From sequence record MW394391.1: a stretch of DNA of 64,000 nucleotides. One strand, given 5' to 3'. Position numbers and translations under genes: made by a program. Under the pieces are notes generated by a model that ran no database searches, was not told where the DNA came from, and was given only the letters and a program-made list of their open reading frames with translations. Positions 26,503-36,069 of the stretch are shown in pieces; position 1 is the stretch's first letter, and each line of letters opens with the position of its first letter. The stretch comes from Klebsiella phage vB_KpM_FBKp24.

Positions 26503-28032
26503 TTAAATGATCTGATCTAAATGTGCGGTTCGGGTACTTAACACGCGTCCTCTGAATAAGGCTTCTTTACTCCGCATGTAATCGAGGTGTTTATCGATAT
26601 TCATGCAAACAAAGCAGTGATAACTTTGAGGAACCTTTTTCTCCCCTTTCAATTCACGCAATCGCCCTAGCGCTTGAATGTTTGCGTTCGGTGAATCGAT
26701 CGCAACAGTTAAATACGCCTGAGTCAGATCGGGAATGTCTACGGCTGTACCCGATTTACCTATAGTACTAAAGATAATATCTGAGTCGAGAAGAATTTGG
26801 TAATCATCACCAGAAGTAAAAGAATTAATCACCAGACCCGGTTGACGTTTACGAAAAGTTTCCGTCAAACGTGTACACATCTCTATCGTTGCTGAGAAGA
26901 TCAATAGCTTGTGTTCAGGTTTCCGAGTACCAAGCCAGTTACTTTCCGTGTACGAATACAGCGCTTCGTGCCATCTTCGCTCTCTTTCTTTATCCGCCAT
27001 GATCCAAGCTTCATACGTCGTGTGACTGTAAGAACCTTGACCACCAACCACTTTCGCTTTCTGCCAATCTTTCAAGTTATATTGAACTTTAACCAGATCG
27101 ACGTAGACGTTGATCTTCCCTCCCTCCTTACGACATCGTTTAGGAAGGAACGTTTCGTAGATGAATAGTTGGAAATCCATCTTAGCGAAAAGCGTTGCTG
27201 TCAGATAGATCTTTTTAGGAACATGAGAATAAAGATCACTGATAAAGTGTAGATGAGTTTCTTTGTGCGCTTCATCAGTTATGACTAGCCCTATACCAAG
27301 AATCTCCCATAAATCGCGAGGGTGTATATCTTCACACCCCGATCCCACAACTTTTCCGTTACTCCAGTTTTTATAAAAATCCCTTAAGGTTGCAGTGGAT
27401 ATGAATATTGCTTTAACCTTGTCAATCCCTTTGTCTTTCACTTCTCTGAGCAGACGGTAGAGTTTAGTGCAACCGCAACAGGAACGAACTTCTTCGGGTT
27501 TGAGATTGAGCTTCTCGTAGAATTCAGGAATCCATCGATCTTCGTACCCGCCTAATGTAACAACAGCAAAACGTGTACCATTATTTTTAGCCATCGCCAA
27601 TGAACAGGCGGTCTTACCAAAACCGGCTTGAGCAGTGATAACTTTTTGAATCCCTGGCTCCGAACCAAAATCGATAATGGGAACTTGGTTTTCCCAAGGC
27701 GTGAATTCCATTTCGAATTCTACCTTGACAGGCTCGAACATGGGGACGTCTATGATCTCAACTTCGCACCCGTTCCATTGGAATTTTTCCGCCTCTTTTA
27801 AGAACCGTTCCAGTGCGTTGATGTGAAATGAAACGCATTCCGTTTCGAGATCGCGACGAGCATAAACTTTCGTGGGTTCCATTCGAAAACGCCCGTGTTT
27901 CTTTACTAGCGATTTCTCAATAAAATGTTCAGTGAATTGTCGACGGAATTGTCGACCTTTCGCGGTGGGTGCAAAGACCTCGAAATAATGGCTGTACTTA
28001 GTAATACGCAGATCCAATGTCTTAGCCCTCAC
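26503..28032 (-). CDS. SF2 DEAH-box helicase (UvsW / type III res-like)
   Basis: Motif I QAGFGKT, motif II VITDEAHKE, motif III FSATIE. Confidence 0.75.
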   Translation of the reverse strand: MRAKTLDLRITKYSHYFEVFAPTAKGRQFRRQFTEHFIEKSLVKKHGRFRMEPTKVYARRDLETECVSFHINALERFLKEAEKFQWNGCEVEIIDVPMFEPVKVEFEMEFTPWENQVPIIDFGSEPGIQKVITAQAGFGKTACSLAMAKNNGTRFAVVTLGGYEDRWIPEFYEKLNLKPEEVRSCCGCTKLYRLLREVKDKGIDKVKAIFISTATLRDFYKNWSNGKVVGSGCEDIHPRDLWEILGIGLVITDEAHKETHLHFISDLYSHVPKKIYLTATLFAKMDFQLFIYETFLPKRCRKEGGKINVYVDLVKVQYNLKDWQKAKVVGGQGSYSHTTYEAWIMADKERERRWHEALYSYTESNWLGTRKPEHKLLIFSATIEMCTRLTETFRKRQPGLVINSFTSGDDYQILLDSDIIFSTIGKSGTAVDIPDLTQAYLTVAIDSPNANIQALGRLRELKGEKKVPQSYHCFVCMNIDKHLDYMRSKEALFRGRVLSTRTAHLDQII

Positions 28033-28172
28033 AGGTGAATAGTTGAATCACGTAGATTCTGTCGTCTATTTATTGTAGGTGTCTATAGTAAATATCCCTT
28101 AAGTTTTTACTGATTGGCTAAATAGAGAACAAAAAAAAAAGAGGGGACGGTAGTCCCCTCTTTTCTGTACCC

Positions 28173-30140
28173 TTAGAAACGCCGTTTTTGCATCTCGCTT
28201 TCGACATCCAGTAGCAGATGATCAAAAGGATGGTTTTCTTTTATCGGGTCATACGAGCCCGGAGAAAGCATATTTTGATACTGCTTCTCGTAAGCACATT
28301 TCACCGATAGACTACGTCCGGACATGATATCGGATTTCGTCGCAAAATATCTTCCGGTACCCTTTTTAGGTAAACGGAAATCGCCGTTCTTCGGATCTCT
28401 CGACATCATGGCATAAAGTACAATTTCGACAATCGCCAGGTTGACCGAGAATTTACGGTTTGTCATTTCAGAGATGTCTTTCAACGCCATCGCCAGAATA
28501 TCAGGATCGGTCAGATCGTAACGCAACCGTTCCTTCGATTCTTTACTGGACATGAAAATGTTGGATTTTAACTCCATCATCATTTCCAGCGTAGAGCTAT
28601 GACGTTCCGGGAATTTCAGAATACTTTCCGAAGAATCCCAGTTCTTTAAATCCACCCTGATTTTACGGCCAAAATTCTGGAACCCATAATCTTTCATGTG
28701 CTGAATAAACGCCGCAGTCAGATAAGGTTTGTAGGAAGAGTGACTTGTCGCAATCAATTCCTCTTTGATCGTTCCTTTCTCATCGCCCTGATGAACAATG
28801 ATTGTCACGTCCTCTACACCAGAAATACGCATCAGGTCCTGCGGACGGAAATCGGTCATCGCATGGATATCGGAAAGACGCGGCAGATAAGCCATATCGA
28901 TCTCAATTTCCACGTGATTGTTCCAGATGTTTTCCGACAACATCAATTCCGAGATATCTGATGCGTTAACCATATAGTCCTTGTAGAAGGGATCAATTTC
29001 AAACCCTTCCGATTCCGCTGAGCGCAATAAGTGCTTAGTGGAAATAACATCCTGTGAAACTTTTTCGTTCTGGGTAACTGTCGCAGCATGACCGAGGTTC
29101 GTCCCTTTTTGAACCGAACGCCCCAGTTGTCCCATACAAGTTGTACAGACTACCCCGTCATCCGGATGCCAACAACTGGCGACGTTCCTTAACTGGATAG
29201 TTTTACCCACCAGGAAAGTATCCCCCGCCTTGATCGCTTTCAACTCCCCTTTTTCCGTTACGTAGATTTTCCCCGGAAGAATGTTATCCAGTTCATTCTT
29301 TTTCACCGTCCAGGGAATCGTCTCAGTACTCCCACAGTCCCCTTTCCATATTTCCTTGACAACGTAGGTAAAGAGTTGAAGTTCTCGGTTATAATACTCG
29401 GTTTGTTTTACAGGGTCATCCGTAGCCTGTAACGCTTTCGAAGCATCTCGAGAAATCATGGCGAAGAAACTAGCCCGGTGTATCCCTTCAAAGAAGCCTG
29501 CATTGACTACGTTAGGAAAAATGGTTTGATCTACTTCAGAACAAAGTCCTCGTTTTCCCAGTACCTGATGGAACTGCGCCATCTTGGTTTGTCCAATATG
29601 ACAGGCCAGCGCCATACTGTTACCGCGTAAGGCGGGGTCAGTTGCAATGACCCGTGAGATCACGCCGTATGCCCGGTTTACACCAGCCGGCGATGGTTCC
29701 ATGTCGGCCAATGCATTTTGTATTTCCGGTCGATCGTAGATATCGAGTAAAGTCAATGCGTCTACCGTGTCAAGATACGCTTCACCTTTCGTGGTAAAAG
29801 CATTATGCAAACGGTTATTTCCGCGATAGATGGCTGCCTGGATGTTTTCGATATCTTCATCGGGATAGGTTTCGATAACCGCTTCCTTCATGCGGTTTAA
29901 AATCTTAAGCTCTAACCCGGGAGAATCAAAGTCATCCCAGAGATGATGACGGATACTGATTTTTGCGTCTGGATAATCACGGAAGACCTCCCAAAAATAC
30001 CAACTTACGATAGTCTGTGACCAATCCGTTTCAATCTCGCCGTCGTCGAAGATAAGACGAAAACGGTCGAAATCATTTTCTTTGGACCAAATTTCCTTTT
30101 CTGTCCAATGTGCAATATCTTCAGCCCATTCAACGCGCAT
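28173..30140 (-). CDS. large protein 655 aa, translationally coupled to the RNAP beta-like gene; possible RNAP beta-prime C-terminal-like piece
   Basis: Start overlaps the stop of 30140-32413 (ATGAGTAATG context). GKRGLCSEVDQT weakly resembles the bridge-helix RKGLADTALKT. Otherwise unassigned. Confidence 0.5.
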   Translation of the reverse strand: MRVEWAEDIAHWTEKEIWSKENDFDRFRLIFDDGEIETDWSQTIVSWYFWEVFRDYPDAKISIRHHLWDDFDSPGLELKILNRMKEAVIETYPDEDIENIQAAIYRGNNRLHNAFTTKGEAYLDTVDALTLLDIYDRPEIQNALADMEPSPAGVNRAYGVISRVIATDPALRGNSMALACHIGQTKMAQFHQVLGKRGLCSEVDQTIFPNVVNAGFFEGIHRASFFAMISRDASKALQATDDPVKQTEYYNRELQLFTYVVKEIWKGDCGSTETIPWTVKKNELDNILPGKIYVTEKGELKAIKAGDTFLVGKTIQLRNVASCWHPDDGVVCTTCMGQLGRSVQKGTNLGHAATVTQNEKVSQDVISTKHLLRSAESEGFEIDPFYKDYMVNASDISELMLSENIWNNHVEIEIDMAYLPRLSDIHAMTDFRPQDLMRISGVEDVTIIVHQGDEKGTIKEELIATSHSSYKPYLTAAFIQHMKDYGFQNFGRKIRVDLKNWDSSESILKFPERHSSTLEMMMELKSNIFMSSKESKERLRYDLTDPDILAMALKDISEMTNRKFSVNLAIVEIVLYAMMSRDPKNGDFRLPKKGTGRYFATKSDIMSGRSLSVKCAYEKQYQNMLSPGSYDPIKENHPFDHLLLDVESEMQKRRF

Positions 30141-32413
30141 TACTCATCCTCTTCTGTCGCATCGGTGTCCTCTTCCGGAATTTCAAATTCGTCTTCCAGT
30201 TCGGGATCTTCAATATAACCTTCCCCATCCGATTCTGCTACATCGGAGAAATCGTCTTTGTAGCCCGGCTTACTTCTGGTCGCTGCACGTATTTTTTCCT
30301 CCTCTTCTAAGGTAATATTATCCACGTCCATGTACGCCATTTTAACCCCGGAGCAATACAGCGTGTTATTAAGGTAATTCAACGCCATGCTGTTACCCAA
30401 CGGGATTTTCTCTCTGTCGATGCTCTTATCCAGATCCACCGGATTTTCAGCAGAGATAATCTTACTCCACATGTACTCCTGAGCTTTCGGATTATTTGCC
30501 CGATCCAACATATCCGCTGCCCATTTGCCACCAACGATCCCGACGTAGTTACGAATCTCCGATTCACCAAAAAGCCGGAACGGAATCTTACGGAATGGTA
30601 AGTTGTACCGCTCACGTCCAGATGGTTTGGTAGGAACCCCATGAACCTGGCGTTTGGCAATATCGACCGCGCCCCAGTCATGACCCGTTTTCTCCAGTAC
30701 GATAACTTTGATTTCACCAATCATCGTCGGTTTCGTACTAGGGACTCGTTCCCCTAAGTCATTAATCCAGGTGACGTGCTCAACAGGTTCCGGGAAAGCG
30801 GCCCGTAAACGCCGACACTGCTCTGCCCCCAGTCCCGGGGTATACGGCGGCATATACGCAAAGATTGCGTCTTCTGCTACCGCATCGACATGTTGTTTAA
30901 TGCGTTCAAAGCCCCAGTTTTGCTCGTCGATTTTATCGAGATAAACAGGAGTTGCGGCACGATAATAACGTCGAAGTAGTTCGTAACACTCCAGATAGGT
31001 TTCTTTGGATCGACTTTCCGCCAGCATAGCCCGAATCGGTTTTTCTACGCGCTGTTCTGCAACGTAATTACAGTACTGCTCGATAAACATACTCGGGTTC
31101 ATGCGGTTAGCGATACTGAAACCGTCCACAATTAAATCGGCAGTCGTCCCGTCTGCATATTGTGGCATCTCTGCACGCGGTTTCTTCGCACAAATGACCC
31201 CTTTCATCCCATAGTCGGTTGACAACTTGTAACCGATGGTTGGCGTGATATCGTACATGAAAGAAATCTTCACGTAGAGTGTTGGGATACTTTGTTTCTT
31301 CATGCGAAAACGTCGTTTCCCTTCTGGGGCAGAAGTGAAAACTATGGCGTCGGTAACTAGCCGATGGAGCTTTTTAGACAACGCTGGTTCTTTCCCTTGA
31401 CCAGCCGAACGACGAAGTTGACGATAGACTTTCACGATACTTTCCATGTAACGCATTTTAGCCTTCCAGAGTCGAGTTATCGCGTCGTCTTCACCGTATT
31501 CACGTCCTGTGAATTCTGGCATCAGATCGAGTTTATCGCCATCGGACATCCAGAGATCGATGTCTACGACCCGCGCATCTTCTACACCCGCTTCGATGAA
31601 ATACTTCTCGTCGAAATAATAATCGTACTCCTGCATTGCAGTAGGCGTCATTTCTACTGCCCCTAACATATCGTCATATTCGCGCAAGGCCATCAGAAGA
31701 CCATCTTTACGAATAAGCTCCCCGGGCAGCGGTAAAGGACGATACCGTTTATCGTTACCGTAGCTATTGATCGGGTACTTCCCTTTCGGAATGATGATGG
31801 TCACTTCCCCAAAGCCAGTGGTCTGATTTTCCTTACACCATTCTTCAGAGACCAAGAAACCGTCCTCGGTCACCGCGTGGTGACTTTGAAAGGTTGTTTT
31901 GGTACGCGTAGAATAGATATAATCCCCTTCTGGCGTTACCCCCGGAGAACGGTTTAAACGCACCCCTCGCTGTAGAACCTCTCCTGGCCGCATCAGTTTT
32001 TGATTCTCTATGACCGGGACAAACTTAAAACCAAAACTGGTGTGATGTGAGCAATAGGTGTCGTATTCGAGGTAATCGTACTCCTTCGTTTCGAGGTTTT
32101 TAACGATCAAAATTTTCTTCGGGTTTTCCTTGAAACTCTCCTCTCCACGGCCAACGTCAAATTTATCGATCACAGCGATGACTTCGCAAGGGAATTCGGT
32201 TTTGCATCCGAACGTATATTTCGCGTATTCCTTTTCTACCCCGACAAAGAACCTTGGACGATTGATTCCTTTCGTGATTAATTTCTGTTGAATCTGAGAC
32301 GCTAACATGACCAAACGCGATGGTGAAGTACACACTGCCCAGGGACCAAGATGAGTCGCTGTCCCTATTAAATCAACATCCATTTGATGTTCATTTGCTA
32401 ACTTTTCTTTCAT
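30140..32413 (-). CDS. multisubunit RNA polymerase beta subunit, C-terminal piece (split rpoB-like), acidic C-terminal tail
   Basis: DYGMKGVICAKKPRAEMPQYADGTTADLIVDGFSIANRMNPSMFIEQY aligns with E. coli beta [47 protein letters not shown]. Confidence 0.75.
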   Translation of the reverse strand: MKEKLANEHQMDVDLIGTATHLGPWAVCTSPSRLVMLASQIQQKLITKGINRPRFFVGVEKEYAKYTFGCKTEFPCEVIAVIDKFDVGRGEESFKENPKKILIVKNLETKEYDYLEYDTYCSHHTSFGFKFVPVIENQKLMRPGEVLQRGVRLNRSPGVTPEGDYIYSTRTKTTFQSHHAVTEDGFLVSEEWCKENQTTGFGEVTIIIPKGKYPINSYGNDKRYRPLPLPGELIRKDGLLMALREYDDMLGAVEMTPTAMQEYDYYFDEKYFIEAGVEDARVVDIDLWMSDGDKLDLMPEFTGREYGEDDAITRLWKAKMRYMESIVKVYRQLRRSAGQGKEPALSKKLHRLVTDAIVFTSAPEGKRRFRMKKQSIPTLYVKISFMYDITPTIGYKLSTDYGMKGVICAKKPRAEMPQYADGTTADLIVDGFSIANRMNPSMFIEQYCNYVAEQRVEKPIRAMLAESRSKETYLECYELLRRYYRAATPVYLDKIDEQNWGFERIKQHVDAVAEDAIFAYMPPYTPGLGAEQCRRLRAAFPEPVEHVTWINDLGERVPSTKPTMIGEIKVIVLEKTGHDWGAVDIAKRQVHGVPTKPSGRERYNLPFRKIPFRLFGESEIRNYVGIVGGKWAADMLDRANNPKAQEYMWSKIISAENPVDLDKSIDREKIPLGNSMALNYLNNTLYCSGVKMAYMDVDNITLEEEEKIRAATRSKPGYKDDFSDVAESDGEGYIEDPELEDEFEIPEEDTDATEEDE

Positions 32414-32489
32414 GGCAGAGTAAGCCCCTTTCTTTCACGATAGCATAAACGTAAGTCTAGACAAAAGCGTCTAGACCACCCTCATTTAA

Positions 32490-32500
32490 GTGATATATTC
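32490..32500 (-). promoter_or_regulatory. promoter-like motif (GTGATATATTC) in the divergent region between the RNAP beta gene and the + gene at 32527
   Basis: Motif about 75 nt upstream of the beta-gene start. Confidence 0.35.
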
Positions 32501-32526
32501 ATTAACAGTTTTGGAGAAGACGACTG

Positions 32527-32877
32527 ATGGCTGAACCGCTTGTTACTAAACTACGTAACCCGGGACAACCGGCCTACTATACTTTTGGCTGGATTAATTG
32601 CGTAGAAGATCACCTTACTTTCTTACAAGACCCAGGAAATGGAGATGTTTACCGTCCTACTGGGATGGAAAGGTCTCGATACCAGGGTCGCTTTTATGCC
32701 TTTTTACGCGACGTGGCAAAAATGAATCAACCGCAGTATTTTTACCCTTATCTCAGAGCCAACAACATGACGTCACCTGACCAATTTGGCGAAAAACATG
32801 ATTTGTTGATTTTCCCTGATATTAACAAAATAGAACAAATTTATACACGTTATACTGCGTCCCTTCCAACGCAATAA
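32527..32877 (+). CDS. hypothetical protein 116 aa
   Basis: One of the few plus-strand ORFs, with a GGAGAAGA RBS. Confidence 0.5.
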   Translation: MAEPLVTKLRNPGQPAYYTFGWINCVEDHLTFLQDPGNGDVYRPTGMERSRYQGRFYAFLRDVAKMNQPQYFYPYLRANNMTSPDQFGEKHDLLIFPDINKIEQIYTRYTASLPTQ

Positions 32878-32969
32878 GACCGACTATACTATAGCTTTCT
32901 GGCGTGGAAAATGAGGGTTAAGACAAAAAAATAAGAGAAGAGGGAAAACCTCTTCTCTTATGCATCGAA

Positions 32970-33209
32970 TCAATTAGGCTCAAAGACGTCCGGAGAATAC
33001 GTAAGAAAGTTATCTACGTTCTCGACCGGGATTTCCAAAAAGGCGGCGATTTCTTCACCGGAATATCCTCGCTCTGCAGCAGAAATAACCAGACGATGAA
33101 GATGGTTATCGATAGTGGTGCGAAATAGATTTACTTGCGCCTCAACGTCATCAAGAATCAATTTCACGCCTAAATCACCACCTTCGTTCCAGGGTCTTTT
33201 CATGTTCAC
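32970..33209 (-). CDS. small sigma-70 region-4-like HTH protein (paralog of 18010-18375)
   Basis: GYSGEEIAAFLEIPVENVDNFL closely parallels GLSNEEIAFVLECPVDDVDAVI of the 18010-18375 protein. Confidence 0.5.
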   Translation of the reverse strand: MNMKRPWNEGGDLGVKLILDDVEAQVNLFRTTIDNHLHRLVISAAERGYSGEEIAAFLEIPVENVDNFLTYSPDVFEPN

Positions 33210-33262
33210 CTCTCAATCAAGACAAATAAAATTGAGAGGGCCGTTAAGCCCTCTCAATGAGA

Positions 33263-34489
33263 CTATCGACGATAACGACCAAAGTCATTACGACCCCGAC
33301 CAAAAGCACTGCGACGGTCGCTGTAATCGTCACGACGCTCTAAGAGGGAACGTGGACGAGATTCGCGACGATCATCATCGTAATCGCGGTCGTCTCGATC
33401 GCCTAAACGACGCAATAAACTTCCTTCGGTACGACGGTCGTAATCACGATCATCACGACGAATCAGGCTTCGCGGCGCATCGCGGTCATCATCGACTGCG
33501 CGCAGAACATGGCGACGACCGCTAGAGACTTCACGGCGCTGTTCCCGTTCTTCACGAACCCGCTCACGGTGCTCTGCCTTTGCCTTTGGTTTAGCCAACT
33601 CATCTTCATTGGCTTCACCCTCGTTACCTTCCAGTGGCGGGATGTCATTACGGTACTCTGACAGTTCCGCCATGTTTTTCACCCAGTTGGTACCGATCAA
33701 AAGACCTTTTACTTCTTCAAAATCGTCAATGAAGGTTTTGGTCACTTTATTGAGATCAAAGGCCAGATTCGCAAATGACATCATTAACGCATGGAAGTTC
33801 GGCGCCACCGAAGATCGACTACCATAGCTATATTCATCGATCGATTTGTCGAACTGCGGGAAGATGTGACGAATCAGGTTGAACAGTGCCGCACGATCAC
33901 GTACACGGAATGTCACGTCGAAGATTTTCTTATCTTCGTTATGTTCCTGATCAGCGATAGGGAAAGTCGCCACTGCTACACGAGAATACTCCTCTCCTTT
34001 CCAGACGCCGCCACGCTTGATGAAGATATTGATAAACGCATTGTCGCCTTTAAAGGTCAGCTTTGCTTTCATCAATTTGCGCGTGTCTTCAACGGTGCGC
34101 TTGTCAGCGTCCGGGATTAAACGCAGGTAATCCCGCTGCTCAGGGGTCAGCTTTGCGTGTTTATCCGTATCAGCCGCCAATTCCATTAAGAAGCAAATCA
34201 GCGTTGTACCAACCTGATACAGACGATTACAAACGCAAAGCGTCAGGCGCTCCAGTACTTCGGATTTCTTACGTTGGGTATTTTCCGAAAGAGGGTGAAA
34301 GGGGATTGTGTTTTCCCAATCCGGATTTTTCAACCACTCGTCGGTCGGTAGAACCAACTGACGTTTGTTCATCGTGAACGGCGCTTTCACGCCGACCTCT
34401 TCGAAATATACCGCGCCTTTTTCATCGACCTCAAACCCCAGTGCGGTCATGATCTCGCGATAAATCGTCGTTAACTTTTTCTTACTCAT
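33263..34489 (-). CDS. protein with a globular N-terminal domain and a long Arg/Asp/Glu/Tyr-rich disordered C-terminal tail
   Basis: The last ~110 aa are low-complexity RD/RE/RDY repeats (RDDRDYDRR..., RRDDYSDRR...) resembling RNA-binding IDRs. Confidence 0.6.
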   Translation of the reverse strand: MSKKKLTTIYREIMTALGFEVDEKGAVYFEEVGVKAPFTMNKRQLVLPTDEWLKNPDWENTIPFHPLSENTQRKKSEVLERLTLCVCNRLYQVGTTLICFLMELAADTDKHAKLTPEQRDYLRLIPDADKRTVEDTRKLMKAKLTFKGDNAFINIFIKRGGVWKGEEYSRVAVATFPIADQEHNEDKKIFDVTFRVRDRAALFNLIRHIFPQFDKSIDEYSYGSRSSVAPNFHALMMSFANLAFDLNKVTKTFIDDFEEVKGLLIGTNWVKNMAELSEYRNDIPPLEGNEGEANEDELAKPKAKAEHRERVREEREQRREVSSGRRHVLRAVDDDRDAPRSLIRRDDRDYDRRTEGSLLRRLGDRDDRDYDDDRRESRPRSLLERRDDYSDRRSAFGRGRNDFGRYRR

Positions 34490-34518
34490 TTCTTTTCCTC
34501 AAGGAAAGGGTTATATTC

Positions 34519-36042
34519 TTAGAAACGACTGTTCCCGCCCCAGCTAAAATTCGACAAAGCATCATCGATCGGTTTATCATCCATGGAGAACTGACTGTCT
34601 GCCAGCTCTTGGATAGTTGTCTGGAAATCGTTGGTGATTTTACTGGCGAGATCGAAATCGTCGGTTTTCTGTGGCGAAATCAGACCATCACAATACATCG
34701 GAATAACGTAGAGTTCCTCCGGTTGTCCGTCTAATGAAAGGTTGATTTTAATGTCAGTAATTGCAGAACAGTCGATACTGCAAGTGACGATAATATTGCC
34801 GTTATGCGAAATAGGGTTTGCGACCTGAAACTCAATCAGTTGTCGCACTGCGCTGATATTCGCAGACACGTTAGCACCGGGAATTAATGGTCTTTCCCCG
34901 TAAACCTCAACGTGCATTTCTCCGAGCGGATTATCGTTACTGAACACTACCATCGCATCAGAAATGTGGTTAGTCATCAGGATACTAGGGACCGCCTGAG
35001 AGATAATACGCACTGCTACTGCTTCTGCGCCAGCGCCGCCCAAACTTGCCCCACGACCACGTTCGTAGCTCTGATATCCGCGTTCTTCAACTTGTTTAGG
35101 GTTGATAAAACGAGTTACTGGCTCGCCATGATACGTCTCAGGCCAATCTACCATCCTTGCCATATCGCGAAGACGAATGGTCCCTTCCTGATAAAAATCA
35201 CACTCTTGCAGGAACTGAGTAAACAACGGATTATCTTCCGTTTTACTCACGTTAACTGCGCCAGCTGCCAGTTCAGATTTTGACATTTCTTCCCCAGCGA
35301 AACTGGAATCCGGGTTCCATGAAGGTTGCTCCATAGTTTCCGCCAATACCCCTGCTTTCAGTACCGTAGAGATATAGTCGGAAGCATTGTTCTCACGACG
35401 AGAACCCATTTTGATATCGCCTACAAGATCTGCGCGAGTGTCGATGATCTGATCACCACCGGAGTGATAACGTTGATAGTCGCGGATACCGACATCGTTA
35501 AAAATGTCGTGTGGACGAATAAGGCGTTCGCCTTTATCGCGGCGTAAGCCAACATGACCTTCGCCACGACCACGACCACGAATGATATATTCGGAAGATT
35601 CGATACGAGGGCGCAATACTCGGCCCCGACCCGTATCCAGAATTGTATCACGAATAATCACACTGTTGTTGATAAACAGCTCCATGTTATCGTCTAAATC
35701 CCCGCTGATCGTACTGACGCCGTTATAGTCAGTAAAACCTGTGAGGACCTGACGCTGAGTGGTGCCGTTATAGTCCGAGATTAAAAAGGTGATAATAAAA
35801 CTTAACCGTTTTTCACCCCAACCTCCCGGAATCTCGATCAACGACCCACGTTTTGAGGTCATGGAGATAGCGTCATTAACCATGGACGATAATGTAATCG
35901 AATTGATATTTTTACCATGGTCTGTCGCTTTAAGAATGCGGTCTTTAACACCATTATCGAAATGGGTCGTAAATGAACTTCCGTACTGATCGTCGTAGTT
36001 AGAGGTAGTAAAGAAGATGGCGCTAATGACAGTTGGTTTCAT
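34519..36042 (-). CDS. hypothetical protein 507 aa
   Basis: Long ORF of unknown function. Confidence 0.6.
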   Translation of the reverse strand: MKPTVISAIFFTTSNYDDQYGSSFTTHFDNGVKDRILKATDHGKNINSITLSSMVNDAISMTSKRGSLIEIPGGWGEKRLSFIITFLISDYNGTTQRQVLTGFTDYNGVSTISGDLDDNMELFINNSVIIRDTILDTGRGRVLRPRIESSEYIIRGRGRGEGHVGLRRDKGERLIRPHDIFNDVGIRDYQRYHSGGDQIIDTRADLVGDIKMGSRRENNASDYISTVLKAGVLAETMEQPSWNPDSSFAGEEMSKSELAAGAVNVSKTEDNPLFTQFLQECDFYQEGTIRLRDMARMVDWPETYHGEPVTRFINPKQVEERGYQSYERGRGASLGGAGAEAVAVRIISQAVPSILMTNHISDAMVVFSNDNPLGEMHVEVYGERPLIPGANVSANISAVRQLIEFQVANPISHNGNIIVTCSIDCSAITDIKINLSLDGQPEELYVIPMYCDGLISPQKTDDFDLASKITNDFQTTIQELADSQFSMDDKPIDDALSNFSWGGNSRF

Positions 36043-36069
36043 TTCAAGGTTCCTTTTCAGTAGTGCGGT

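Noticed and set aside
30140-32413. N-terminal SPSRL as the beta-subunit PSRMN motif
   Set aside because: It occurs upstream of the GMKGVI block whereas in RpoB it is downstream. The true counterpart is the later ANRMNPS segment, so this is a coincidental match.
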